Assembly: GCA_045047305.1 (NCBI GenBank)
Contig: JASFYO010000003.1
Coordinates: forward strand, 64,001 to 128,000
Reading direction: 5' to 3'
Length of the DNA stretch: 64,000 bases
Source of the DNA: Planctomycetota bacterium
Lineage (GTDB): Bacteria > Planctomycetota > UBA1135
Below the pieces are notes generated by a model. The model had not been told where the DNA came from. It did no database searches and saw nothing but the letters and a program-made list of their open reading frames with translations. Shown piece after piece: positions 1 to 8,961 of this stretch. A program made the translations under genes and the position numbers. Every line of letters begins with the position of its first letter. Position 1 is the stretch's first letter.

Positions 1-1
1 G

Positions 2-835
2 GTCGCTGCATTCCATCTTCTTCTAGGCCCACTTTTGCGTCCATTCGGCCGTAGTTGGGCGCGGCATGTGGAACGCCAGAAGCCGCTCGACTCGAGCGAG
101 GCCGCCGACCTACTGGAGGAGGAACACCAAGAGGTTTTGGGCCGCGCCGAGCTGCAGTTGGTGACCCATTTGTTGGAGTTGGGTGAGTTGCGCGCAGGAG
201 CATTGCGCCGACCGTTGGCGAAGGTGCCGCAAGTGTCGCCGAGTCGACCTCTAGGTCTGGCTTTGCGCCAAATGGAGCAGGACAAAACTCCATGGGCTGC
301 AGTGGTGGCAGAAGATGGTGAGGTCCAAGGCATTCTGGATCGCGCACGTTTGCCGCAAGGTGCCGTGGTGCGCGATGCCATGCGTCCGGTCCCAATTCTT
401 CCCGAAGTCGCGCCGGTAGCCAATGGTGTCCAATTACTCAGCCAGAGCGGTGACCCTTTTATTCTTTTGGTGGACGAATATGGCATGTCGGTCGGCATCA
501 TTCAGCGCGGACGTTGGGCAGATACCTTGCTCGATCGTTTGGTGCTTTCTGAGGAGAGCGGACACCCACCGATTCGCCCGGCCAGTGATGGCGCCTGGGA
601 AGTTGACGCTGCCTTGCCGTTGCATGATTTTCATGATCGCTTCGGGGATCCGGGTTTATCCGACGTCCGCGTCGACACCATTGGCGGTTTGGTTGCGGAA
701 AAGCTGGAACGTATGGCGGAGGTCGGCGATGAAGTCGTGCTCCAGCATGAAGGTCGGCGTTATGTCATCAGCGTGATCGAGTGTTCCGAGACGCGCCCTT
801 TGTTGCTGCGCGTGACCGTGGGGGTATGCACTTGA
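2..835 (+). CDS. CNNM/hemolysin-family (CBS + CorC_HlyC) protein, 5'-partial
   Basis: Frame open from position 2; CBS-like VVAEDGEVQGIL and LVDEYGMSVGII; C-terminal CorC_HlyC-like WEVDAALPL...VDTIGGLVAEKLERMAEVGD. Confidence 0.8.
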   Translation, partial: VAAFHLLLGPLLRPFGRSWARHVERQKPLDSSEAADLLEEEHQEVLGRAELQLVTHLLELGELRAGALRRPLAKVPQVSPSRPLGLALRQMEQDKTPWAAVVAEDGEVQGILDRARLPQGAVVRDAMRPVPILPEVAPVANGVQLLSQSGDPFILLVDEYGMSVGIIQRGRWADTLLDRLVLSEESGHPPIRPASDGAWEVDAALPLHDFHDRFGDPGLSDVRVDTIGGLVAEKLERMAEVGDEVVLQHEGRRYVISVIECSETRPLLLRVTVGVCT

Positions 836-1776
836 CGGTCCTGATTTTAATGCTGCTGCTAGCGATTGCCGCCTCTGCCATGTTTGCCGGTTCCGAAACC
901 GGATTCTATGGCATCAATCGATTGCGTTTGCGGCATGAAGCACGGCGCTCCCGCACTGCTGCCTTGCTTGCCCGGGTCGTGCGTTCGCCAAGTGCCTTCC
1001 TTGCCACTTTGCTCATCGGCAACAACCTCGCCAACGATGCTGCGGTCAAGGCCGCCGGTGACCTCTGTACTCAATTCGGTTTGGATGGCGCACAGTTCTG
1101 GGGAGCGCTTCTGCTCACGCCGCTAATTTTTATTTTTGGCGAAGTCCTGCCGAAACAATTGTTGCTTGCCGCGCCGCGACGTCTTCTGCATCTCGCCGCA
1201 CCGCTAGCCTTAGCGCGAATTTTATTCTGGCCCTTGACTGCCCCCTTAGCCTGGCTCGCTGCCGCCTTGGAGGGTGGAGAAGGTGCACCGGTTTTAGCCC
1301 GACGTCAGTTCGAAGCCTTGTTGCAAGAAGGGGAGCAACATGCTCCTGGTGAGGCACGAGTGATGTCGGCCGCTTTGCGTGCGCTTGATTCCCGCGGTAA
1401 AGGCCTATATTCATTCCTGCGTTTTGACCTCCCGCACTTTGAGCCCAGCCTGAGCCCGGACGTCGCGCGCAGGCGCTTAGCCAGTTGCACCGACACCCTG
1501 GCGTTGGTGCGTAACCCCAATGGCCCGCCTGGACTGCTGTTGGGTTCTCATCTCGCTGTTGCGGGCACTCAAAGGACTCTCCCCGACCTCACCCAGCCCT
1601 TGCCGACTCTGCCAGCCGATCTTGACCTGGCGGGGGCATTGACTAGGCTCCGCGCACTTGGCGTCGCCTTTGCCTGGGTCGAGAAACCAGGCGAGTGGGC
1701 GGGACTATGTGATCTCGAATATGCTTTGGCCCGGCTGCTCGAGCCAAGCCCCCTCCCAACTGCCCAAAAACGATGA
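832..1776 (+). CDS. CNNM (DUF21) transmembrane protein with degenerate CBS region
   Basis: SAMFAGSETG, LATLLIGNNLAN, IFIFGEVLPK are DUF21 motifs; start TTG832 (TTGA overlap) or ATG826. Confidence 0.8.
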   Translation: MTVLILMLLLAIAASAMFAGSETGFYGINRLRLRHEARRSRTAALLARVVRSPSAFLATLLIGNNLANDAAVKAAGDLCTQFGLDGAQFWGALLLTPLIFIFGEVLPKQLLLAAPRRLLHLAAPLALARILFWPLTAPLAWLAAALEGGEGAPVLARRQFEALLQEGEQHAPGEARVMSAALRALDSRGKGLYSFLRFDLPHFEPSLSPDVARRRLASCTDTLALVRNPNGPPGLLLGSHLAVAGTQRTLPDLTQPLPTLPADLDLAGALTRLRALGVAFAWVEKPGEWAGLCDLEYALARLLEPSPLPTAQKR

Positions 1777-2150
1777 AATCCTTCCTCGCCCGCACTCTTG
1801 TTCTGTTGCTCGCATTCCTTATGGGTGCCGTCAGCCTTCGTCTTTTGACTGCCGATACGGCCGAAGCTTCCTTCGCAGACAGCGGCAAGCGCTATGTGGC
1901 GGTCACAGGGCCTTATCAAGCGGGAGTTGCGCTGCTCTATGTGCTGGATCAAGAAACGCAGCATCTGGCCGTTTATGAGGCTCGTGGCGGAGCTACGAAT
2001 TCCCATCGCCTGCAATTTGTGGGTGCGCGCAACATTGAGCTGGACACCATGCTTGATGGTTACCACGACGAATCGGATTACACCCACAAAGAGCTTGAGG
2101 CCGAGTTCCTGAAATCTGGCATTCTCGAGCCGGAAGACAGCACAAAGTAG
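1773..2150 (+). CDS. Small exported/membrane-anchored hypothetical protein
   Basis: N-terminal hydrophobic segment; ATGA overlap with upstream stop. Confidence 0.7.
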   Translation: MKSFLARTLVLLLAFLMGAVSLRLLTADTAEASFADSGKRYVAVTGPYQAGVALLYVLDQETQHLAVYEARGGATNSHRLQFVGARNIELDTMLDGYHDESDYTHKELEAEFLKSGILEPEDSTK

Positions 2151-2246
2151 TCGAGATACCGTATCCTTGGCTCCGCGCCCCGCTACAGCTATGCTTGGGG
2201 AGCAGGAACCCTTCTTCCTAGACCCACAGTCCCAGAACCTGATCAC

Positions 2247-2801
2247 GTGAGCGAAAGCGAATTTTCATCCTTCGACGAAGCCCTCAAGAAACTCGAGCTC
2301 GAGGAAGAGGATCTCAAACGTCTAATTTCGGCCGGTGAGATTCGCGCATTCCGCGAAGGCTCTAACATGCGCTTGCGCGTGGAAGACGTTTCTAAGGTCG
2401 CCGATCAACTTGGTATTGGTGGATCGGTTGCAGAAGCCGACGCCGGTGAAGTCCTCGAGGTCGAAGATCTCGTGCTCGACGAAGCCGACGACGATGGCAT
2501 GGCAACCACCCAACTTTCCGAGGAAGACACTCTGCTTGACGATGAGGTGGAAGAGCTGGAAGTCGCTGCTGCAGCGGCACCTGTGCGTCGTTCCGCTGGA
2601 GCGAAAGGTGTTTCCGGTGCGCGTCGCGGTGCTGCAGCTGCAGCCTCGGCCGCATCGACCGATGAAGGTGGCGGCATGCGTGCAGCCATTTTGTGCACCA
2701 GCATTTTGATGTTGTTTGGCATTGCCTTCGCCATCGATATGGTTTCCGGCCACAAGAGCGGAGTCACCTCCAGCGTGGTCGACATGGTCCACGGCGAGTA
2801 G
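2247..2801 (+). CDS. Excisionase-like HTH protein with acidic linker and C-terminal TM helix
   Basis: N-term FDEALKKLELEEEDLKRLISAGEIRAFREGSNMRLRVEDV (HTH_17-like); D/E-rich middle; AAILCTSILMLFGIAFAI TM. Confidence 0.75.
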   Translation: MSESEFSSFDEALKKLELEEEDLKRLISAGEIRAFREGSNMRLRVEDVSKVADQLGIGGSVAEADAGEVLEVEDLVLDEADDDGMATTQLSEEDTLLDDEVEELEVAAAAAPVRRSAGAKGVSGARRGAAAAASAASTDEGGGMRAAILCTSILMLFGIAFAIDMVSGHKSGVTSSVVDMVHGE

Positions 2802-2826
2802 TCTGAACACGAACCCGTCTGGTCGT

Positions 2827-3600
2827 ATGAACCGACAGGCCCTGCTCCTGATGCTTTTGCTCGGGGTCGGGGCCTGTACTCGTTCTGCAGTGCAGCCTCT
2901 TCCGGAAGAGCTTGCGCGCCTGGAGCACCTGGTGTTGTTGTCGCCGGCTCCGTTTCAAAGCGCATGGTCTTTGGCCGGACGTTATGAAGTCACCGAAGAA
3001 GAGTTTGGGCTTCCGGGGCGCGATGGCGACTTAGTGTTGCCGGTTGCCATGGTGAGTTACCTTGAGGCAGAGGCGTGGTGCACTGAGCATCACTTGCGCC
3101 TCCCCACCGTGTGGGAGTGGTCTCATTTAGCCACCTCGGGGCGCGATGATTTTGAGTTGCCAGAAACCTCTCTGAATGGACTTGAGCTAGGGCTTCGCCG
3201 ACGTCTGCCGGTTGGGGTCTTCGAGCGCGGTCGCACTGCCCTCGGGGCCTACGATGTGCTCGGCAATGTGCGCGAGTGGAGTTCGGACCCAAGCACTGGC
3301 CGTTTCTACGCATGTGGTGGTTCCTTTGCCACCCGCGATGCGGATTCTGGTGTATCTGCCCAATTGGAGATGTTGCCCGATGAACGTGCAGAGGATATTG
3401 GCTTTCGCTACTTCGTGGATGCCGACGTCTATCTCATGGAAGTCGTGTTGCCGCTATGGCCGGAACTTACCGCCGAGGAAAAAACTCAGGTAATGACCTA
3501 TATGCAGGCCTGGCGCGCAAACTATCGCAGTGGGCTAGCCGATGAACTACTTGCCCTTGGTGCGCCTAAATATTTTTGTAAACAACTGGTCAAGCCATGA
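2827..3600 (+). CDS. Lipoprotein with FGE-sulfatase (SUMF1/EgtB/PvdO) fold domain
   Basis: Lipobox VGAC; YEVT, LPVAMVSYLEAEAWC, RLPTVWEW, GAYDVLGNVREW, GGSF, IGFR motifs. Confidence 0.8.
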   Translation: MNRQALLLMLLLGVGACTRSAVQPLPEELARLEHLVLLSPAPFQSAWSLAGRYEVTEEEFGLPGRDGDLVLPVAMVSYLEAEAWCTEHHLRLPTVWEWSHLATSGRDDFELPETSLNGLELGLRRRLPVGVFERGRTALGAYDVLGNVREWSSDPSTGRFYACGGSFATRDADSGVSAQLEMLPDERAEDIGFRYFVDADVYLMEVVLPLWPELTAEEKTQVMTYMQAWRANYRSGLADELLALGAPKYFCKQLVKP

Positions 3601-4442
3601 AGCTAGGCGATCTGCGTGATTTACTTGCGGCGCATGGGTTGCGCCCGAACCCTCGTTTTGGCCAGAACTTTCTGGTTGATCCAGCCTTGCTTAGGCGAAT
3701 CCCGGTCGATGCAGAGGTGGAGGCCGGAGATTCCGTACTGGAGGTCGGCCCAGGTGCTGGCTCCTTAACTCACGAGCTCATTCAAGCCGGCGCCAAGGTG
3801 CTTGCGGTGGAGCTTGATCATGGTCTGCTGCGTTTGCTGCGTGAGCGCTTTGAGGAGGAACTGGCGGATGGCCGTCTGACTTTGGTGGAAGGCGACATTC
3901 TCGGCCCCAAGGAGACCATGCACCCAGAAGTGGAGACTTGGTGGTCGGGATTGGAGAAACCGCCGCGTTTGGTCGCAAACTTGCCCTACGCCATTTCCGG
4001 CCCCTTCCTCGGACGTCTTCCCGGGCGCCCCATTCTCGGCGCGACGCTCCTATTGCAGCGCGAGGTTGCGGACAAAGCTGCCGGCCCGGCGCCAAAGGAA
4101 GAATGGAGCCCGCTATCCATCCGCCTACATTTCGCCTTTGAAGCGCAAACCGGCCGCCGTCTTCCCCCGGAAGTCTTCTGGCCGCGGCCCAAGATTGATT
4201 CTGCCTTTCTCCAGCTGCGGCCTAAGACCACGGCTTTGCCAGCGGCCCAGGAGTTCATGCTTGCCACGGTTTTAAGGTTCGCTTTTGGCCAACGGCGTAA
4301 GACCTTGCTGGGGCGCCTACGTAAGCAATTCCCGTTATGGGCCGACGCGCTCGAAGCGGAAGGGGTGGATACGAAGGCGCGTCCAGGCTCGATTGTCCCT
4401 CCTGTGTGGCGCGCTGCATTGGAGCGAGTCGACGCTGTCTAG
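3597..4442 (+). CDS. rsmA: 16S rRNA m6(2)A1518/1519 dimethyltransferase
   Basis: FGQNFLVD, VLEVGPGAG, VANLPYAI, FWPRPKIDS, FGQRRKTL. Confidence 0.95.
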   Translation: MKLGDLRDLLAAHGLRPNPRFGQNFLVDPALLRRIPVDAEVEAGDSVLEVGPGAGSLTHELIQAGAKVLAVELDHGLLRLLRERFEEELADGRLTLVEGDILGPKETMHPEVETWWSGLEKPPRLVANLPYAISGPFLGRLPGRPILGATLLLQREVADKAAGPAPKEEWSPLSIRLHFAFEAQTGRRLPPEVFWPRPKIDSAFLQLRPKTTALPAAQEFMLATVLRFAFGQRRKTLLGRLRKQFPLWADALEAEGVDTKARPGSIVPPVWRAALERVDAV

Positions 4443-4494
4443 ACCCTAGGCAAATGTTAGATTATTGGGTCGGGAATCCCCCTTCCCTGATGCC

Positions 4495-6246
4495 ATGAGC
4501 GAACTGCAATCTTTCCTCGACGACCTCAAAGAGCGTATCCCCATCGAAACGGTGGTGGGGCAGAAGGTGCAACTCACCCGCAAAGGCAATCGTTACTGGG
4601 GATTGTGTCCCTTCCACGCAGAGAAGACGCCTTCTTTTAGCGTGAACCCGGGGCGTAATTCCTTCAAATGTTTCGGCTGTGGCGTCGGTGGTGACTCGAT
4701 TACTTTTGTGCGCGAGACCGAAGGCTTAGAGTTTTTCGAAGCTCTTCGTGTGCTGGCCGATATGGGTGGAATGACGATGCCGCAAAAGTTCAGCGGCGGA
4801 CGTCCAGAGGAGCGCACCGAGCGCGAAGAAGCGCGCGAAGCCCTGCAGTGGGCACGCAAGTTTTTTAGTGATAAGTTGCTCACCCCAGATGGGGAAGGTG
4901 CGCGTAAATATTTGCTCGACCGTTGCATCCCCGAATCTAGTTGGAGTGAATTCGGTATCGGTTGGGCACCACGCGGGCGGCAGGAGTTGTTGTCGTATCT
5001 ACGCAGTAACAAAGTGAGCGATCAGGGCATGCTCACCGCCGGTCTTGCTTTGGAAGATGAAAACACGCGGCAAATGAAATCACGGTTTTGGGAACGGCTC
5101 ATGTTCCCGGTGCTGGATGCTGGAAGTCGCACTTTAGGATTCGGTGGACGTTTCCTTCCCGGCTCCTTTGCCGAAGAAAAGCAAATGGGGAAGTACATCA
5201 ACTCCCCGGAAGGACCGTTGTTTCCGAAACGTCGTTTGCTTTATGGCATTGAAAAAATGTCGCATAGTTTGCGCGATTTCCCCGATGCGCCCATCATCGT
5301 TTCGGAAGGTTATTTAGATGTCATCCAGCTGCATCGAGCCGGCGTGCAACCTTGCGTTGCTGCATTAGGCACAGCCTTCACCGACGACCATGCCAGGCGC
5401 CTAAAACGCACCGAGCGCCGTGTGGTCCTGTTGCTCGACCCCGACGAAGCCGGGCGCAAGGCTGCCGCAAAGGCCGCTCGACTGCTGGTTGCGGAAGGAA
5501 TCGACGTCCGCGTTGCCGAACTTCCCGATGGTCATGACCCCGCCGATATGGTCGCAGAAGGGCGTCTGGAGGAACTCTCCGGCTTCATCGCCGATTCTTG
5601 GGATATACTCCGTTGGCGTTTAAAGACGTGGTCCCAAAAAGCGGATTTGTCTGTGCCTGCGGTCGTCCATCAGGCTGCATCGGAGATGGCGGAGTGGATA
5701 GCAACCACCCCAAGTCCCGTTGTAGCAGAGGCTTGGGCGAATCAGGCTCAGTCTGCTTTGGGGGTCTCGGCCGACGCCCTACGTCGTCTCACTCATCCGA
5801 AGAATTCTGCTGCTGCAGGTCCTAGAGATGGGGGTGGCTATGCAGAATCGCCCCAAACCCCATCACTCACTAACCCCGAGGAGGTCCTTCGAAGAAACGA
5901 ACGAGAAATCATCGCCGCCATCCTTCATGATCCAAGCGCATATCCGCGCTTCCGTAAAGAGCTCGACACGATAGAATTGCAGGATTCCGTCGCCCAGAGA
6001 GTCCTTACTTGGTGTCGTCAGCAGCGTGAATCTGAGCAGGGGTTTGACCTCGTTACTGCTCTCATCGCGTTTCAGAATCAGGAACCAGCCGCATGGTTGG
6101 ATCAGGTTCGCCATCAACGACCCACGGATCCCTGTCTGGCATTAGAACGGTCTCTGGAAGTGCTCCCCGGCAATACAGAAAAAGCGACCGATAGCGATGA
6201 CCTTCATTCCTTCTTACGAAGGATCAGCATCTCTCCGAACGACTGA
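4495..6246 (+). CDS. dnaG: DNA primase
   Basis: Zn finger [11 protein letters not shown]...CFGC; KYINSPE; EGYLDVI; TOPRIM DPDEAG; precedes rpoD. Confidence 0.97.
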   Translation: MSELQSFLDDLKERIPIETVVGQKVQLTRKGNRYWGLCPFHAEKTPSFSVNPGRNSFKCFGCGVGGDSITFVRETEGLEFFEALRVLADMGGMTMPQKFSGGRPEERTEREEAREALQWARKFFSDKLLTPDGEGARKYLLDRCIPESSWSEFGIGWAPRGRQELLSYLRSNKVSDQGMLTAGLALEDENTRQMKSRFWERLMFPVLDAGSRTLGFGGRFLPGSFAEEKQMGKYINSPEGPLFPKRRLLYGIEKMSHSLRDFPDAPIIVSEGYLDVIQLHRAGVQPCVAALGTAFTDDHARRLKRTERRVVLLLDPDEAGRKAAAKAARLLVAEGIDVRVAELPDGHDPADMVAEGRLEELSGFIADSWDILRWRLKTWSQKADLSVPAVVHQAASEMAEWIATTPSPVVAEAWANQAQSALGVSADALRRLTHPKNSAAAGPRDGGGYAESPQTPSLTNPEEVLRRNEREIIAAILHDPSAYPRFRKELDTIELQDSVAQRVLTWCRQQRESEQGFDLVTALIAFQNQEPAAWLDQVRHQRPTDPCLALERSLEVLPGNTEKATDSDDLHSFLRRISISPND

Positions 6247-6269
6247 ATCCCGAATCAGCTCCCATTCCC

Positions 6270-8084
6270 ATGACAACTAAGTCGTTAGACAAAAAGACAG
6301 AAGCATCTCTCGAGACCCTCATTGCGAAGGGTCAGGTAACTGGCAGCCTTCCTTTCGAGGAACTGCAAAGTGCTTTGCCAGCCGACAAGCTCGGCGACAT
6401 TGAGATCTTGCAAGAAGTCATTGACCGTTTGGAGGTTTCCGGCATTGTGCTCGGTGACTCTACAACGGAAAACGCTGCCCAATTTGCGGGCGGCACCGCA
6501 CCGATTCCCGTCACTCCGAAACCACTTTCTACACTTAGTGTGCGTGGTGGTGGACGTGCAACTCCAGCTGTGTTGGAGAAGATTGATGACCCGGTGCGCA
6601 TGTACCTCACCCAGATGGGTGAAATTCCTTTGCTTACCAGGGAAGAGGAAATCTCTCTGGCGAAGACTACGGAAGTCTCGCGTAAGATTTTCCGTCGCTT
6701 GGTGCTGGAGTCTGGTCTCGCACTGGATATGGCATTGGATGTGCTGCAGCAAGTCAAGGATGGCGAGCTCGCATTTGACCGCACCTTGAAGGTAAACCCT
6801 TCGGCGCAAGCAAACTCGAGCTTTGCGGTCTTGCACTTCAACCGACGCCTGAAGAAGCAGGCTGCGGAAGAGGGGGCCGATGAAGGTACTTCGTCCAACA
6901 TCGATGGTGGTGCTGGCTATGAGCTCACCAAGCAAGATTTGGAGCAACGTTTGGGCGGCCACATTGCCGACCTCACCAACTTGCGCGATACTGCGCGGGT
7001 TGGATACGAAGTGCAGTTGGATGGTCGTCTGAAAGCAGACGAGCGTGCGCTGTTCCGTCGCACCATGCGTGCACGTCAACGCTGCATTGCAGTGATGGTG
7101 GAGGAATTGCACTTCCAGGTAAACATCTTGCAGGACTTTATTCGCGTGCTGGAAAGTAAGGCGCGTGCATGGAATGCTGTCGCCCGCGAAGCCGCAAGCT
7201 TTGATGGCGCTCGTAAACGCAGCAATGCTGGCAAGGAAGAGTATGCGGTGTTGCAAGCGCAACTGCGCGAATGGGAAGTCAAAGCCATGGAGCCATTGGA
7301 GTCCTTCCAGCGCCGCATGGAATTGCTTTACCGTGCCATGGACACTTATGAGGGTGCCAAGAAGGGCTTGTCTTCGGGTAACTTGCGCTTGGTGGTTTCG
7401 ATTGCCAAGAAGTACCGTAACCGTGGCTTGAGCTTCCTCGACTTGATTCAGGAAGGCAATACCGGATTGATGAAGGCTGTGGAGAAGTACGAGTATCGCC
7501 GTGGTTATAAGTTCTCAACTTATGCCACATGGTGGATTCGTCAGGCCATCACACGTTCCATCGCAGATCAGGCGCGGACTATCCGCATTCCTGTGCACAT
7601 GATTGAAACCATGTCGAAGCTGCGCGCCGTGCAAAAGCGCCTGCTGCAGAACCTCGGCCGCGAACCTTCGATTGAGGAAATGTCGGAAGCTGCTGACATT
7701 GCAGTCGACGAAGCCACGCGGGTGATGAAGATTGCCAAGCACCCGATTTCTTTGGATCGCCCGATTGGTGATTCGGAGGACTCCTACTTCGGCGATTTCA
7801 TCGAAGACGAGTCTTCTGAAAACCCGGTCGAACGGGCTGGTCAGGAAATGCTCAAAGAACGCATCGACGATGTGCTGGAGTCTCTCACCTTCCGTGAGCG
7901 CGAGATCATCAAGCTGCGTTATGGCATAGGAGACGGGTATACCTACACCCTTGAAGAGGTTGGCAGGATTTTCCGCGTGACGCGCGAGCGTGTGCGTCAG
8001 ATTGAGGCCAAGGCGATTCGTAAGTTGCAGCACCCAATCAGGGCACGCAAGCTGGCGGGTTTCCTAGATGGCACAACTCCTTAA
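6270..8084 (+). CDS. rpoD: RNA polymerase primary sigma factor
   Basis: [61 protein letters not shown]...[12 protein letters not shown]. Confidence 0.98.
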   Translation: MTTKSLDKKTEASLETLIAKGQVTGSLPFEELQSALPADKLGDIEILQEVIDRLEVSGIVLGDSTTENAAQFAGGTAPIPVTPKPLSTLSVRGGGRATPAVLEKIDDPVRMYLTQMGEIPLLTREEEISLAKTTEVSRKIFRRLVLESGLALDMALDVLQQVKDGELAFDRTLKVNPSAQANSSFAVLHFNRRLKKQAAEEGADEGTSSNIDGGAGYELTKQDLEQRLGGHIADLTNLRDTARVGYEVQLDGRLKADERALFRRTMRARQRCIAVMVEELHFQVNILQDFIRVLESKARAWNAVAREAASFDGARKRSNAGKEEYAVLQAQLREWEVKAMEPLESFQRRMELLYRAMDTYEGAKKGLSSGNLRLVVSIAKKYRNRGLSFLDLIQEGNTGLMKAVEKYEYRRGYKFSTYATWWIRQAITRSIADQARTIRIPVHMIETMSKLRAVQKRLLQNLGREPSIEEMSEAADIAVDEATRVMKIAKHPISLDRPIGDSEDSYFGDFIEDESSENPVERAGQEMLKERIDDVLESLTFREREIIKLRYGIGDGYTYTLEEVGRIFRVTRERVRQIEAKAIRKLQHPIRARKLAGFLDGTTP

Positions 8085-8131
8085 TCAAACTCTGGCGGCT
8101 TCCGCCTAATACCTGATAACAATCAGGGAAT

Positions 8132-8164
8132 CGCAGCCCAGATGGTGTATCCATCTGGGCTGCG
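8132..8164 (+). terminator. Perfect 14-bp stem-loop downstream of rpoD (terminator or stability hairpin; no U tract)
   Basis: CGCAGCCCAGATGG-TGTAT-CCATCTGGGCTGCG. Confidence 0.5.
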
Positions 8165-8184
8165 CTACGTTGTAATGATGTGCA

Positions 8185-8919
8185 GTGGAAGCCATCCTCG
8201 CCCATCTCATTCGCGCTCAACAGGTCGACAAACGATTGACCACTTTGGCACGTCGCCTGGAGTCTCTTCCAGTAGAGCTGGGGGAACGCGAATCCACCAT
8301 GGCGGCGCTGGAAGCCGAAGCAGAAGAGCTAGAGTCGGAGAAGAAAGCTTGCCTAGTGCGCTCCACTAAGTTGGAGAACGAATGCGGCACCCGCGAGGAG
8401 CGTATCAACAAGCTTGAGAAGCAGGCGGTTGAGGCACGTGATCCCTCTGCCGTGCAGATTGCGCAACATGAGGCGGCTACGCATCGTCAAGAAAACTCCG
8501 ATGCTCAGGAGGAAGCGCTTGAGTTATTAGAACGCGCCGATGGTCTAACCGCCAAACGCGAGGCCATGAACTCTCGCTTAGACGAAGCCAAGGAATCTTT
8601 AGATGCCATGCGCGCGAGTGTCGAGACCGATACTGCTGATTTGCAGGCCGAGGTCGACACCTTGAACGCCGAACGTGAAGGCTTAGTCGCCGAGGTCAAC
8701 TCGACCGTGCGCAGTGTGTTTCAGATTCTTGCTGAAAAGCATCCAGGCAAAGCAGTGGTGCCTCTGAAGGGCGATTCCTGCGGCGGTTGCGGCACCAACC
8801 TGACCGCCAACGATCGTGTGCGCGTGCAAGGCTCCAAGTCGATGATTCGTTGTCCTTCTTGCACCCGAATCCTGGTTACCCAGGAATTGTGGTCGAAGGT
8901 AAGCGAGCCGGTGCAATAA
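8185..8919 (+). CDS. Coiled-coil protein with C-terminal C4 zinc ribbon (zf-RING_7 / CT398-like)
   Basis: Long heptad region, then AVVPLKGDSCGGC...IRCPSCTRIL; this family commonly follows rpoD. Confidence 0.9.
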   Translation: MEAILAHLIRAQQVDKRLTTLARRLESLPVELGERESTMAALEAEAEELESEKKACLVRSTKLENECGTREERINKLEKQAVEARDPSAVQIAQHEAATHRQENSDAQEEALELLERADGLTAKREAMNSRLDEAKESLDAMRASVETDTADLQAEVDTLNAEREGLVAEVNSTVRSVFQILAEKHPGKAVVPLKGDSCGGCGTNLTANDRVRVQGSKSMIRCPSCTRILVTQELWSKVSEPVQ

Positions 8920-8961
8920 GGCACCGACTCGCTTAGGATTCCGTTACGCAACAGTTTCGTG

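Noticed and set aside
6285..7262. Long antisense ORFs (also 35152-36147, 45481-46263, 46536-47321, 27776-28504)
   Set aside because: Shadow frames of conserved genes in GC-rich DNA with no recognisable motifs
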